Assembly: GCA_965267345.1 (NCBI GenBank)
Contig: OZ253947.1
Span: 489,964-553,963 of the forward strand
Source of the DNA: Minisyncoccota bacterium
Lineage (GTDB): Bacteria > Patescibacteriota > Minisyncoccia > Phycocordibacterales > UBA2100
Direction: 5' to 3'
Length of the DNA stretch: 64,000 nt
Part shown: positions 1 through 9,683 of the stretch, piece after piece
Layout: the number at the start of each line of letters is the position of its first letter
How positions within the stretch are numbered: position 1 is the first letter of the stretch
Made by a program: the position numbers and the translations under genes
The notes under the pieces: generated by a model
Databases searched by the model: none
What the model saw: the letters and a program-made list of their open reading frames with translations, nothing else
What the model was told of the DNA's origin: nothing

Positions 1-173
1 CCAAAATAGAGCATTTTAGCCGCTTTCCAGCGTTTTGCAGAATCAGAAATTTCCTTTTCGGTGAGCACATCACCAAAAAAGGCACGCGCCTCTGAAAGAG
101 AGTTAAGCTCTAATACTGCACAAAAGAAATCGTCAGTATCGTTATTCATCCAACTGTGCTTTTTTGCTTTCAT
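1..173 (-). CDS. YerC/YecD-like TrpR-family protein, N-terminal part (ORF continues past window edge)
   Basis: Minus-strand translation from ATG ~173: MKAKKHSWMNNDTDDFFCAVLELNSLSEARAFFGDVLTEKEISDSAKRWKAAKML... resembles the conserved core of YerC/YecD Trp-repressor-like proteins; still open at position 1. Confidence 0.4.
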   Translation of the reverse strand, partial: MKAKKHSWMNNDTDDFFCAVLELNSLSEARAFFGDVLTEKEISDSAKRWKAAKMLYF

Positions 174-246
174 ATGCTTTAGTATATAAAATCATTTAAG
201 TAACTAAAGCATTTATCCACAGTTTTTTGTGTATTTTTGCACCTTT

Positions 247-579
247 TTAGTCTAAATGTGTCGCTACTGCCCCAGCGACTGACACTGCGAGTGCACCGAG
301 AAACGCCGCGAGGAAGCCTTCTACGGTAAATCCTTCCACAAAGGTGGAGAGAAGCCAGAAGATAAATGCGTTTATGAGGAATGCAGAGAGGCCGAAGGTG
401 AGCAGGTGTATTGGTAATGTGAGTATTGTGAGCAGTGGCTTGATGGTAATACTCGCCAACCCCAACAGCACGGCAACGATGAGTGCTGTGTAGAGTGAGT
501 CGATAGTGATGCTTGGTATCCAGTACGCTGCCGCAAACAGCGCAAGAACAACGAGAGCAAAGCGAATAAGCATAGGCAT
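247..579 (-). CDS. holin-family (phage_holin_4-like) small membrane protein
   Basis: 110 aa, 3-4 predicted TM helices, sequence style of PF04020 family (ORF track). Confidence 0.5.
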   Translation of the reverse strand: MPMLIRFALVVLALFAAAYWIPSITIDSLYTALIVAVLLGLASITIKPLLTILTLPIHLLTFGLSAFLINAFIFWLLSTFVEGFTVEGFLAAFLGALAVSVAGAVATHLD

Positions 580-582
580 TCC

Positions 583-1122
583 CTAGTTATGAGTAATGTG
601 GGCAAAGAGCCCGTCGAGCATGGTCTGCGTAAATGTAATGAGTTGCTCACCAGCTTTCAGCTCTGAGCCATGAGCAGTGAGGTCGGTGACGTTGCCCACT
701 GCAACGGTGTATGGGACAACGTACATCTTGAATGTGGCAAGCATGGCGAACAGGTGCTCGAGGGCGCGCGTGCCGCCGTATTGGCCGTTAGAGACACCTA
801 CAAGCCCGACAGGTTTGCCTTCGTACTCCTTAAACGCGCTGTCGAGCAGCAATTTGAGCTCTCCCGAGAAGGAATGGTTGTATTCGGGAACGACAAGAAT
901 AAACGCATCCACTTCTGCGGCTTTGTTTCGCCATTTTTGTGCATTTTCGTCCGCAACCCATGCGGGAACGGTAAACGGTGAGATGAGGTAGTCTTTGGGG
1001 TCTATGAGGTCAATTTCAGGCGATTCTGGGCGGTTTTTAAGCTCATTTGCGATAAAGTGCGCCACATGAATAGATTGGCGTTCTTCCCGCCCTGTACCAA
1101 TTACAACTGCCACACGTGTCAT
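583..1122 (-). CDS. NADPH-dependent FMN reductase / flavodoxin-like fold oxidoreductase
   Basis: 179 aa, N-terminal MTRVAVVIGTGREER... flavodoxin-like motif, 4-nt gap to upstream gene. Confidence 0.65.
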   Translation of the reverse strand: MTRVAVVIGTGREERQSIHVAHFIANELKNRPESPEIDLIDPKDYLISPFTVPAWVADENAQKWRNKAAEVDAFILVVPEYNHSFSGELKLLLDSAFKEYEGKPVGLVGVSNGQYGGTRALEHLFAMLATFKMYVVPYTVAVGNVTDLTAHGSELKAGEQLITFTQTMLDGLFAHITHN

Positions 1123-1192
1123 ACGTGGGAGTATAGCATATGACGCTCGGAGCCTTGAGCAATGGGCACGGAGCGTTGATGCGCACGATACA

Positions 1193-1348
1193 CTACACGT
1201 GCATGTCAGGGTAGTTTCCTTCCCTGCCGCACCATGGGCAGAACCATGTATGCTTGTCTGCAGGCGCGTCTCCTATCGTCCACCATTTATCACACGTCGT
1301 ACAGCGAAAGTGGTGCAGTACTTCTTGTGACCGCTTCGCGTCCGTCAT
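1193..1348 (-). CDS. small zinc-ribbon protein (CxxC-x17-CxxC), 51 aa, not in ORF track
   Basis: Manual translation: MTDAKRSQEVLHHFRCTTCDKWWTIGDAPADKHTWFCPWCGREGNYPDMHV; ATG 4 nt after secA stop, translationally coupled. Confidence 0.4.
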   Translation of the reverse strand: MTDAKRSQEVLHHFRCTTCDKWWTIGDAPADKHTWFCPWCGREGNYPDMHV

Positions 1349-1352
1349 GATG

Positions 1353-3911
1353 CTACGCAGATTGCGCAGTGCGCTGCTGGTGTGTCTGACTGTTGATCAG
1401 ACCACACTTCTTATATTTTTCGCCTGAGCCGCACGGACAGGAGTCGTTACGACCGACTTTCTCGCCGCTTTGTGTTTTTTGCGCTGACTGCTGCGCGGTC
1501 GTGTCTGCACCTGTGGTGCCAACAATGCTGGCATTTTCATGCACCTCGCGCATTTGACTGCGCTGTGGTCGCTGGAACATGTCGGCAGCTAACTGCGGCA
1601 GTAAGTGACACACATGGTCGGCATAGGCCTGCTCAAAGTCGTCAAACATGCGCTGCCCTTCCCGCTTGTATTCGATGAGTGGGTCACGCTGTCCGTAGGC
1701 ACGCAGGTTCACACTGCTGCGGAGGTAATCCATCATTTCAAGATGCTCAACCCACATCACATCGAGTGTCTGCAACATGACGCGACGGAGTACATTGTAA
1801 AATTCATCGTCCCCGAGCTCGTCGCGCTTTTTGGCAATAGTGTCATTGAGTTCCGTATCATCACCCACGAGGCTCTCTAATTCGCGCAGGAGTGTGTCGT
1901 GTTCGCCGAGCAAAATGGCATGGCGGCGATTGTAGAGGTTTTGGCGCTGGGCATTGAGCACGTCGTCGTAGGCAAGCACTTGCTTGCGGGAATCGAAATG
2001 GAATCCTTCGATTTTGCGCTGTGCCGACTCGAGTGAGCGCGTAATCATTTTGTTGCGGATCGGCTCATCTTCAGGGATACCAAAGCGCCCCATCATTCCC
2101 TTAATAGTGTCGCTGGCAAACACGCGCATGAGCATGTCCTCGAGTGAGACGAAAAATTGTGTCTCACCTGGATCACCCTGACGACCGGCGCGTCCGCGCA
2201 ACTGGTTGTCGGTGCGTCGTGCTTCGTGACGCTCAGTGCCGAGTACAAACAGCCCGCCAAGCTCGCGTACGTCCTGCTGTTGTTCGGGTGTAGCGCTCTC
2301 GCCGCCGAGCTTGATGTCGACACCGCGGCCGGCCATGTTGGTCGCCAGCGTCACCGCACTCCTACGGCCGGCATTGGCGATGATCGCGCCTTCTTGTTCA
2401 TGATTCTTGGCGTTGAGCATCTCGTGCTGGATGCCTGACTGGGTCAAATATGCGCTTAACAGCTCGTTTTTCTCAACTGATACCGTACCGATAAGGACCG
2501 GTTGCTGCTTTTCGTTGAGCTCTTTAACAAGCCGTGCGATAGCTTTAAATTTACCCTTTTCAGTCTGGTAAATGAGGTCGTCGTGATCGATACGCGCCAC
2601 TGGCTTATTCGTCGGAATCTCAACGGTATTGAGACCGTACACTTTGAAAAACTCCTCTGATGACGTGGTAGCAGTACCCGTCATACCGCTGAGCTTATCG
2701 TACAGGCGGAAGTAGTTCTGGTAGGTAATGGAGGCGAACGTGCGCGATTCCTGCTGGATTTTCACACCCTCTTTTGCCTCGATGGCCTGATGGAGTCCTT
2801 CACTCCAGCGACGCCCTGGCTGCATACGCCCCGTAAATTCGTCAACAATAACAACGTAGCCGTCGCGGACCACGTAGTCGCGATCGCGTTCAAAGAGTGC
2901 CTTTGCGCGCACAGCCGTTTCGAGGTGGTGCACATACTTAATACCGCGGTCGGTGTAGATATTATCGACACCGAGGATGCTTTCTGCTTTTTCAATACCG
3001 GCGTCAGTCAGCTGAATTGCTTTGAGTTTCTCGTCAACGGTGTAGTCGGTATCGCGTGTGAGCTGCGCAGCGATGCGTGAAAATTGCACGTAGAGCTCTT
3101 CGGCCTCGGCTGCCGGAGCGGAAATGATGAGTGGCGTGCGCGCTTCGTCAATGAGAATAGAGTCGATCTCGTCGACAATTGCAAAGTTGTACCCGCCCTC
3201 CTCAGGCGTGCGCTGTCGCAACTCGTCTTTGCTGTATGCAATATTGTCGCGCAGGTAGTCGAAACCGAATTCGTTGTTGGTACCATAGGTGATGTCGGCC
3301 ATATACGCCTCGTGGCGGGTGCACGGCGTGAGGTACTCATCAACCACTTCAAACGACCCCTTCTCGTCGCGCTCCTCGTCGGCCTCTTCCTCTTCAGCTG
3401 CCGGTACACGACTTTCGTCGTAGCGGAATGACGTTTCGTGATTGATAACCCCGACTGAAAGCCCTAAAAAGCTGTAAATTTGCCCCATCCACACTGCGTC
3501 ACGTCGTGAAAGGTAGTCGTTGACGGTCACTACATGCACCCCTTTTCCGGTGAGCGCATTCAAGTACACCGGCAGCGTTGCCACGAGCGTTTTTCCCTCT
3601 CCCGTGCGCATCTCTGAAATATCGCCATTGTGCATGACCGTACCGCCGAGTATCTGCACGTCGTAGTGCCGCTGGCCGAGCGTGCGCTTTGACGCTTCAC
3701 GTACGGCAGCGAATGCCTCGGGAAGGAGTTCGTCGAGTGTGGCGCCGTCGTCGAGCCGTGCCTTAAATTCGTCAGTTTTTGCTTTGAGCTGCTCATCAGA
3801 CAGTGCCTCAAATGCACTTTCGAGCGCATTGACACGCCCCACCATTGGCTTTGCCTTCTTGAGTGCTTTTGCGTTTTCGTCGCCGAGCAGCTTTTTGATT
3901 GCCGTGAGCAT
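1353..3911 (-). CDS. secA: preprotein translocase ATPase SecA
   Basis: 873-aa ORF with SecA DEAD-motor, PPXD and C-terminal zinc-binding CPCGSG..KYKKC motif; likely start is internal M22 (MLTAIKKLLG), ORF track start 3974. Confidence 0.95.
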   Translation of the reverse strand: MLTAIKKLLGDENAKALKKAKPMVGRVNALESAFEALSDEQLKAKTDEFKARLDDGATLDELLPEAFAAVREASKRTLGQRHYDVQILGGTVMHNGDISEMRTGEGKTLVATLPVYLNALTGKGVHVVTVNDYLSRRDAVWMGQIYSFLGLSVGVINHETSFRYDESRVPAAEEEEADEERDEKGSFEVVDEYLTPCTRHEAYMADITYGTNNEFGFDYLRDNIAYSKDELRQRTPEEGGYNFAIVDEIDSILIDEARTPLIISAPAAEAEELYVQFSRIAAQLTRDTDYTVDEKLKAIQLTDAGIEKAESILGVDNIYTDRGIKYVHHLETAVRAKALFERDRDYVVRDGYVVIVDEFTGRMQPGRRWSEGLHQAIEAKEGVKIQQESRTFASITYQNYFRLYDKLSGMTGTATTSSEEFFKVYGLNTVEIPTNKPVARIDHDDLIYQTEKGKFKAIARLVKELNEKQQPVLIGTVSVEKNELLSAYLTQSGIQHEMLNAKNHEQEGAIIANAGRRSAVTLATNMAGRGVDIKLGGESATPEQQQDVRELGGLFVLGTERHEARRTDNQLRGRAGRQGDPGETQFFVSLEDMLMRVFASDTIKGMMGRFGIPEDEPIRNKMITRSLESAQRKIEGFHFDSRKQVLAYDDVLNAQRQNLYNRRHAILLGEHDTLLRELESLVGDDTELNDTIAKKRDELGDDEFYNVLRRVMLQTLDVMWVEHLEMMDYLRSSVNLRAYGQRDPLIEYKREGQRMFDDFEQAYADHVCHLLPQLAADMFQRPQRSQMREVHENASIVGTTGADTTAQQSAQKTQSGEKVGRNDSCPCGSGEKYKKCGLINSQTHQQRTAQSA

Positions 3912-3974
3912 CGGCACATAGTAGCCCAAAACACGCGGCGATTCCACCGCTGAGCGCCACGCGCGCCTCGGCAA

Positions 3975-6197
3975 CTACCGGCTAAAGTACTGATCGAGTT
4001 CGGTGCGTATTTGTGCGGCCATTTGCTGCAATTGCGGCACTTCAGCGACGAGCCGATTGAGTTCAGCGTAGGCGCGTGTTTCGTCTCGCTGCTGCGCGTA
4101 GGCAGCAACAAGCGTGAAGTACGCATTCGGATCCTGCGGACGATGTGCAACGACAATGCGCCATACCGCACGTGCGGTGTCGTGACGGCCATGTTGCACT
4201 AAAATCGGTATCAGTCGTGCGTCATCTGCTACTTCAGGTTTTTCCTGTATGAGTGCGAGACCTTCTTCTGTCTGACCATTGAGCAGCAGTGCAGTTGCAT
4301 AGATGACCCGCCCCTCATCATATCCGGGTACAAGTTCAAATGCGGTTTGTGCGTATGGTACGGCCTCATCATAGCGCTCCATGTTAATGCTGCTCGCCGC
4401 AAGCCCCACTAACACCGATGGCTTGTTCGGGGTACGTTCGAGTGCCTCACGCTGAGCATCTCGTGCCGCGTCGTAGTTTTTAAAGCTCGTGTGGAGATTA
4501 CTCAGTAATGCCCACGGGCGTGCATCGGCAGGCACACGCTCAATTTGTCGCTCTATTGCTGCCTGCGCACTCGTGTACCATGCTTGTCGCTCACTTTCTG
4601 AGAGCCACGTGGCACCTGCCATTTGTCGCGCCGCTTCAACAAATTGCTCACGTACCTCCTGCGTGCCGTAGCTAGGTATCGTCTCAGCTTCCTGCACGAG
4701 GGTGAGTGCCTGCTCGCTCAGTGCAGGTGCACGCTCAGCGTTCCCCTGCTGCGCACGTGCCTCAGCCGTTGCTGCCGACGCAAGACCACGCAAAAGGGTT
4801 GTGTTTTTTGTGTACGCACCCGCATTAATGGCCCATACGAGACCAACTGCGAGCACACCGGCGCCGACGACGAGTGCAACGCGTACGCTGGGGGTGTAGA
4901 TCTCCGGAATCCGCTGTCGGCCGCTGGGTATGTGCCATACATCGGTTGCCGTAGCGTACACCCACGCAAGAATCGAGAAGAAGAGCACGTAGCTGACGAT
5001 GTTATCGAATACGGTCAGCAAGCTAAACCCATAGCCGACAAGCAGACCAACAAAGAGCCACTTTTGTGTGAGCGTGAATTGCTCGGTTCTATACAGCGTC
5101 CAGAGCAGCGCAAGATAGATAGCTATGTAGGCCAGCAGGCCGAGCAGGCCGGCGGCGATCGCCCAGTCGAAGATGACGTTGTGCGTACGATCGAACCACT
5201 GTTCTTGGTCGTACATACGTGGGTCGTAGTACTTGTTGAACACGAAATTGAAATTCGCCTGTCCCCAACCTAAGAGCGGACGCTCTTTGATACCCTCCCA
5301 CGCAATGCCCCACACGAGCGTTCGCGCGTATACGGTGCCTTCGGTGAGTGAAATGGTCGCAAAGCGCTTGAGCACCGGTGTTTCCTGCAAAAATGCACTG
5401 CCCCGTGCCGCATAAAATGACCCCACCAATACGAGGACCGCGACGAGTACGGTGATGGCAGCAGTGCGCACTTTTGTGTGGTGTCGCATTGAAAAAGCAA
5501 TGCCGGCTGAGGTGACGATCGCGCCGAGAATAAGGCCAATGCCGGCGCCGCGGGTCGCGGTGAAATACAGCACGAATAGGTGGAGCGGAATGATAAGTGC
5601 ATAGACGATGTACTCAAATGTGTTGCGCCGCGGCGATGCACCACGCCGCGCGAGCATGATGCACATCACGAAGATGTGAAAGAGTACGTACATTGCCAAG
5701 TAGATTGGATTGCCGAGCGTCGCGTCAAGCCGCCCTTTTTCTGTCAGCAGAAGCTGCCCTATAGCATTTACTGACACGGCAGCACTGACCGCAACTGAGG
5801 CTCGCCAGAACCACAACCAGAGTTTTTCCGTTGCCAAAACAGTTCCCGCTACAATGAAGTACGCAAGTAGGTGCAGGAGCGTAATGAGCCCTTCCATGCG
5901 CTCGTAGTTGCTCCAGATACTCTTGAATGGGTACACGCCGGCTATATCGGCAAGTGCAACAACGCCGATAAATACAACTACGGAGGACACAAGCGCTGTA
6001 ACCCGCGGCCGATAGGCGGCGTTAAACAGTGCGAGAGCTGCCCAGAGCGCCACTACAATTTCAACAATGACGCGAAAAAAGAAGTTCTTGCCCGTAATGT
6101 ACGGAAAAAAGAGACCGTCAATGACAATGAGGACCGTCAGCGGGAGCAAAAAAATGCCGGCAATAATGCTATAGCGCAGCGCTTTTTCTAATTGCAT
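3975..6197 (-). CDS. O-antigen ligase (Wzy_C) family polytopic membrane protein with C-terminal TPR repeats
   Basis: 740 aa, ~12 TM helices followed by TPR-like helical repeats; abuts secA. Confidence 0.65.
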   Translation of the reverse strand: MQLEKALRYSIIAGIFLLPLTVLIVIDGLFFPYITGKNFFFRVIVEIVVALWAALALFNAAYRPRVTALVSSVVVFIGVVALADIAGVYPFKSIWSNYERMEGLITLLHLLAYFIVAGTVLATEKLWLWFWRASVAVSAAVSVNAIGQLLLTEKGRLDATLGNPIYLAMYVLFHIFVMCIMLARRGASPRRNTFEYIVYALIIPLHLFVLYFTATRGAGIGLILGAIVTSAGIAFSMRHHTKVRTAAITVLVAVLVLVGSFYAARGSAFLQETPVLKRFATISLTEGTVYARTLVWGIAWEGIKERPLLGWGQANFNFVFNKYYDPRMYDQEQWFDRTHNVIFDWAIAAGLLGLLAYIAIYLALLWTLYRTEQFTLTQKWLFVGLLVGYGFSLLTVFDNIVSYVLFFSILAWVYATATDVWHIPSGRQRIPEIYTPSVRVALVVGAGVLAVGLVWAINAGAYTKNTTLLRGLASAATAEARAQQGNAERAPALSEQALTLVQEAETIPSYGTQEVREQFVEAARQMAGATWLSESERQAWYTSAQAAIERQIERVPADARPWALLSNLHTSFKNYDAARDAQREALERTPNKPSVLVGLAASSINMERYDEAVPYAQTAFELVPGYDEGRVIYATALLLNGQTEEGLALIQEKPEVADDARLIPILVQHGRHDTARAVWRIVVAHRPQDPNAYFTLVAAYAQQRDETRAYAELNRLVAEVPQLQQMAAQIRTELDQYFSR

Positions 6198-6209
6198 GAG
6201 CTGACTATA

Positions 6210-7037
6210 TCACGAATTTCCGTGGTGCCCAGATGCTACTGCAGAGAGAATTTCCTCATGGAGCACACCGTTAGTGGCAAGAATGCCGTGTTCGGCCTTT
6301 GGCACTTCTTTGTTGTAGACGAGCTGCTCACCAAACGCTCCCGTAACCTTCCCACCGGCTTCCTCGACAATGATGTGCGGTGCGGCAATGTCCCACTCGC
6401 CCATTTTGTTTGTCGGATTAATAAAGAAGTCCGCCCTGCCGTCTGCCACACACCCAGCTTTAATGCCATTGCTCCCAACGCGCACTTGCTGCGCAGGCGC
6501 AATAGCCTTGAGGAGTTCTGCAAGGCGCCCCGTAAGGTGCGTGCGGCTTGTGACTGCATGTGCTGCGTGTGGATTGCTTTGTTCCGAAACTGAGATGCGC
6601 GTTTCGCTCTCCTGTTCTTGTACATACGCACCCTTGTCTTTCTCCGCATAGTAGAGTGTATCCTGCACCGGTAGATATACTGCACCAAACACCGGCTTGT
6701 CATGATGCAGCAGCGCCACCATGATGCAAAACTCATCATTTCGCCGTATGAAACTACCGGTCCCATCGAGCGGATCGACCAGCCACACATACTCAGCACC
6801 CAAACGATTCTTATCATCTTCGCTCTCTTCTGAGAGAATCGGGTAGCCACTTTTTGACAGCTCTTCAAGCAAAACGCGATTTGCTTCTAAATCAGCCTTG
6901 GTGACCGGATCTCTGAACCCCTTCCACTCGACATCAAAATTGGTTTTGTAGACTTCTGTAACTGCATCACCAGCACGGTACAAAAGTGGTATTAGAAAAG
7001 AAAAATTTTGCATGTTGTAATTATCTATACAATACAC
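6210..7037 (-). CDS. inositol monophosphatase / CysQ family phosphatase
   Basis: WLVDPLDGT and AAG..IVEEAGG motifs typical of IMPase/FIG family. Confidence 0.75.
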   Translation of the reverse strand: MYCIDNYNMQNFSFLIPLLYRAGDAVTEVYKTNFDVEWKGFRDPVTKADLEANRVLLEELSKSGYPILSEESEDDKNRLGAEYVWLVDPLDGTGSFIRRNDEFCIMVALLHHDKPVFGAVYLPVQDTLYYAEKDKGAYVQEQESETRISVSEQSNPHAAHAVTSRTHLTGRLAELLKAIAPAQQVRVGSNGIKAGCVADGRADFFINPTNKMGEWDIAAPHIIVEEAGGKVTGAFGEQLVYNKEVPKAEHGILATNGVLHEEILSAVASGHHGNS

Positions 7038-7362
7038 TTATTATCCCAGCTTGGACATTGGCGCGCTCTAACCTATAACACATCAAATATGATAAAGTGC
7101 AGACACATGTCATTTTTTGAAAAGCGTCCGTGGGGATGGATGATTAAGCCTTTGCACACAAAACGACGATGGTTAAAGCTTATCCGCGTTACTGGACGTA
7201 CAAGTCTACAATCGCACCGCGAGCGTATTGAATACCATATAAACATAAGGGGAATACAGCGCATCGAACGTGAAGAAGTGCATCGCATGGGACCCGGTTG
7301 GTATGTCGAGTACGCATACGGGTCGCCCAGAGAAAACGACATTGTGCGGTATGAGGATGATT

Positions 7363-7812
7363 ATGGCAGGATATAAAAGTAAACCAACGGTAGTAGCAGT
7401 TTCTGGCTACTTTAACCCGCTGCATAAAGGGCACGTTGATTTACTTACTGCAGCCGCAAAGCTAGGCGATACTCTTGTTGTTATTGTAAATAACGACGAA
7501 CAAGTGCTGCTTAAGGGTCGCGTGCCGTTTATGGATGAAAAGGAACGTGCCTATATTGTAAGCGCACTTGAGTGCGTTGATGAAGTTGTGATCGCGATAG
7601 ATACCGATCGTAGTGTTTGCAAAACTCTTGAATACATTCATCCAAACATTTTTGCAAATGGTGGCGACCGCCGTAATGCCGCCGATATACCAGAAGCGGG
7701 TATCTGTAGCCAATTAGGCATAGAAATGGTGTTCGCTGTGGGCGGTAAAAAAATACAGAGTTCCTCAACACTTATCGAAAATGCCACAAATAAAACACGA
7801 AAAAATGCCTAG
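7363..7812 (+). CDS. cytidylyl/adenylyltransferase (RfaE domain II / TagD-like, HxGH motif)
   Basis: VAVSGYFNPLHKGHVDLL nucleotidyltransferase motif; start chosen at ATG 7363 preceded by GAGGA. Confidence 0.75.
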   Translation: MAGYKSKPTVVAVSGYFNPLHKGHVDLLTAAAKLGDTLVVIVNNDEQVLLKGRVPFMDEKERAYIVSALECVDEVVIAIDTDRSVCKTLEYIHPNIFANGGDRRNAADIPEAGICSQLGIEMVFAVGGKKIQSSSTLIENATNKTRKNA

Positions 7813-7845
7813 CACACACTGGTATCGTACGCACACTGCCAAATT

Positions 7846-8598
7846 ATGAAAGCTAAAGTCAAAGGTGCAAAACCTCGGGTGAGCGTTATTATTCCCGTGT
7901 ACAATGGCTCTCTTTTCTTGCGCGAAGCAATAGAGAGCATACTGAAGCAAACCTATACCGATTTTGAATGTATCATTGTCGACGATGGTTCCGCCGACGA
8001 TTCCGTTGCCATTGTAGAGTCATTCAAAAATGACTCTCGAGTCGTTCTTCTTCAGCAACAACATGGGGGTATCGTCCGCGCGCTAAATGCAGGAATACGT
8101 GCCTCAAAAGGAATCTATATAGCGCGCATGGACGCCGACGACATTGCCGAACCCCGCAGACTAGAGAAGCAGGTTCGTTTTCTTGAAGAATCGGATGCGT
8201 GCCTGTGCGGTACGTACGCCACACTCATTAATAAGGAGGGGGCGGCCTCTGGTACACTCCGTCCACCAACAACACATACTGCGATTGTCCGCCACGCCCT
8301 CCTTCACAACCCATTCATTCATCCAACCGTCATGATGCGCCGCTCACTTCTTGAGGCAGTCGGCTTCTATCGCGAGAAATACCGGCATGTCGAAGACTAC
8401 GAGCTTTGGACGCGTATTCTCCCCCGTTGCCACACTGCGAATATACCAGAGACATTACTTCAATACCGAGTAACAGATACTAGTGTTACACGAACGCACC
8501 ACATGCTTATGCGATACCTCGGTATACTGGTACGCATTCTTTACGCAATGCGACGTCTTAAGGCGCTCACTCGACTTCTCATATCATGCAAAAAGTAA
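7846..8598 (+). CDS. glycosyltransferase family 2
   Basis: VSVIIPVYNGSLFLREAIESILKQTYTDFECIIVDDGSADDS GT-A signature. Confidence 0.8.
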   Translation: MKAKVKGAKPRVSVIIPVYNGSLFLREAIESILKQTYTDFECIIVDDGSADDSVAIVESFKNDSRVVLLQQQHGGIVRALNAGIRASKGIYIARMDADDIAEPRRLEKQVRFLEESDACLCGTYATLINKEGAASGTLRPPTTHTAIVRHALLHNPFIHPTVMMRRSLLEAVGFYREKYRHVEDYELWTRILPRCHTANIPETLLQYRVTDTSVTRTHHMLMRYLGILVRILYAMRRLKALTRLLISCKK

Positions 8599-9680
8599 CT
8601 ATATGCTCCCCACAGTACGGCCTTTCCCCACATTCGCATGCGGGCGGTGAGGTACATGACGAAGCCGTACTCAAAGGTCTCGCTCAACGCGGGTATCACA
8701 TTGAGATACTTCTCCCCTACAAAAAACCGTACGATACAAAGCAGAAAAACTGGCGTGTGGAGCATGTTTCTTTGCCGTATATACACACGTCCTATTTATT
8801 TAATGTTGTGTCTTTTTTGCACCTTGTGCGCACGTACAAGCGCCAACCGTTCCATATAGTGCGCATTCATTCACCGTATCTCGTGGGCATCGGGGCATAC
8901 CTTTTTAAGCGCCTCATTGCGCCAGAAGTAAAACTTTTTGCCACTTACCACCACATTGAGCCAAACTGGATATACACACTCATCGACAAAGTCTTGGCTA
9001 ACAAATGGGACCATATATTTATTGATTCCGAGTACAGCAAGCACGACCTCATGCAGCGATATAGCGTTGAGGATGCAAATATAACTGTTACTTACAATGG
9101 TGTCCCGGAGCATTATTTCTCCACACAAAAGAATTCCCCCACAAGTAATAAAGGCTTGTCTCTTGTATTTTGTGGACTGCTTATACAGAGAAAGCGAGTT
9201 GATTTTCTACTACACCTCATGACCAAACTTGATCATGATACTCACCTCACGATCATTGGTGACGGCCCTCTTAAAAGAAAGCTGGAAGCGCTCGCCCGCA
9301 CACTCGACATATCAGAAAAGGTGACTTTCAAGGGGAGTGTGTCAGAGGAACAAAAACTGGACATACTTCGTGCAAGCGACGTGTTTGTATTCCCTTCACG
9401 AATGGAGGGCTTCGGCCTCGCACCAGCAGAAGCCATGGCTCTCGGACTACCGGTTATTGCGAGCAATCAAGGGTCGTTGCCAGAAGTCATCGGTAATGGA
9501 GGCATTGTACTCCCTCATGATGAAGAGATGTGGATTTCCACTATAACTAGGCTAAAGACAGAAAAAGACACGCTCAGACACTACGGGCAAGAAGCCCGAA
9601 AACAAGCACAACAGTTCCGATGGGAACATGTGATTGATACTATCAATACGTATATACAACGTACGCTGCAGCGCGACTAG
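8586..9680 (+). CDS. glycosyltransferase family 4 (GT-B)
   Basis: C-terminal FPSRMEGFGLAPAEAMALGLPVIASNQGSLPEVI motif. Confidence 0.8.
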   Translation: MQKVTICSPQYGLSPHSHAGGEVHDEAVLKGLAQRGYHIEILLPYKKPYDTKQKNWRVEHVSLPYIHTSYLFNVVSFLHLVRTYKRQPFHIVRIHSPYLVGIGAYLFKRLIAPEVKLFATYHHIEPNWIYTLIDKVLANKWDHIFIDSEYSKHDLMQRYSVEDANITVTYNGVPEHYFSTQKNSPTSNKGLSLVFCGLLIQRKRVDFLLHLMTKLDHDTHLTIIGDGPLKRKLEALARTLDISEKVTFKGSVSEEQKLDILRASDVFVFPSRMEGFGLAPAEAMALGLPVIASNQGSLPEVIGNGGIVLPHDEEMWISTITRLKTEKDTLRHYGQEARKQAQQFRWEHVIDTINTYIQRTLQRD

Positions 9681-9683
9681 CAT

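Noticed and set aside
247-579. Holin-family protein as evidence of a prophage
   Set aside because: No other phage genes (terminase, capsid, integrase, lysin) nearby; this family is widespread as a chromosomal membrane protein
1472-3431. Multiple 60-130-aa ORFs on the plus strand inside secA, and similar antisense ORFs inside the O-antigen ligase (4011-5907)
   Set aside because: They are shadow ORFs fully embedded in strongly supported genes and have low-complexity/Arg-rich composition
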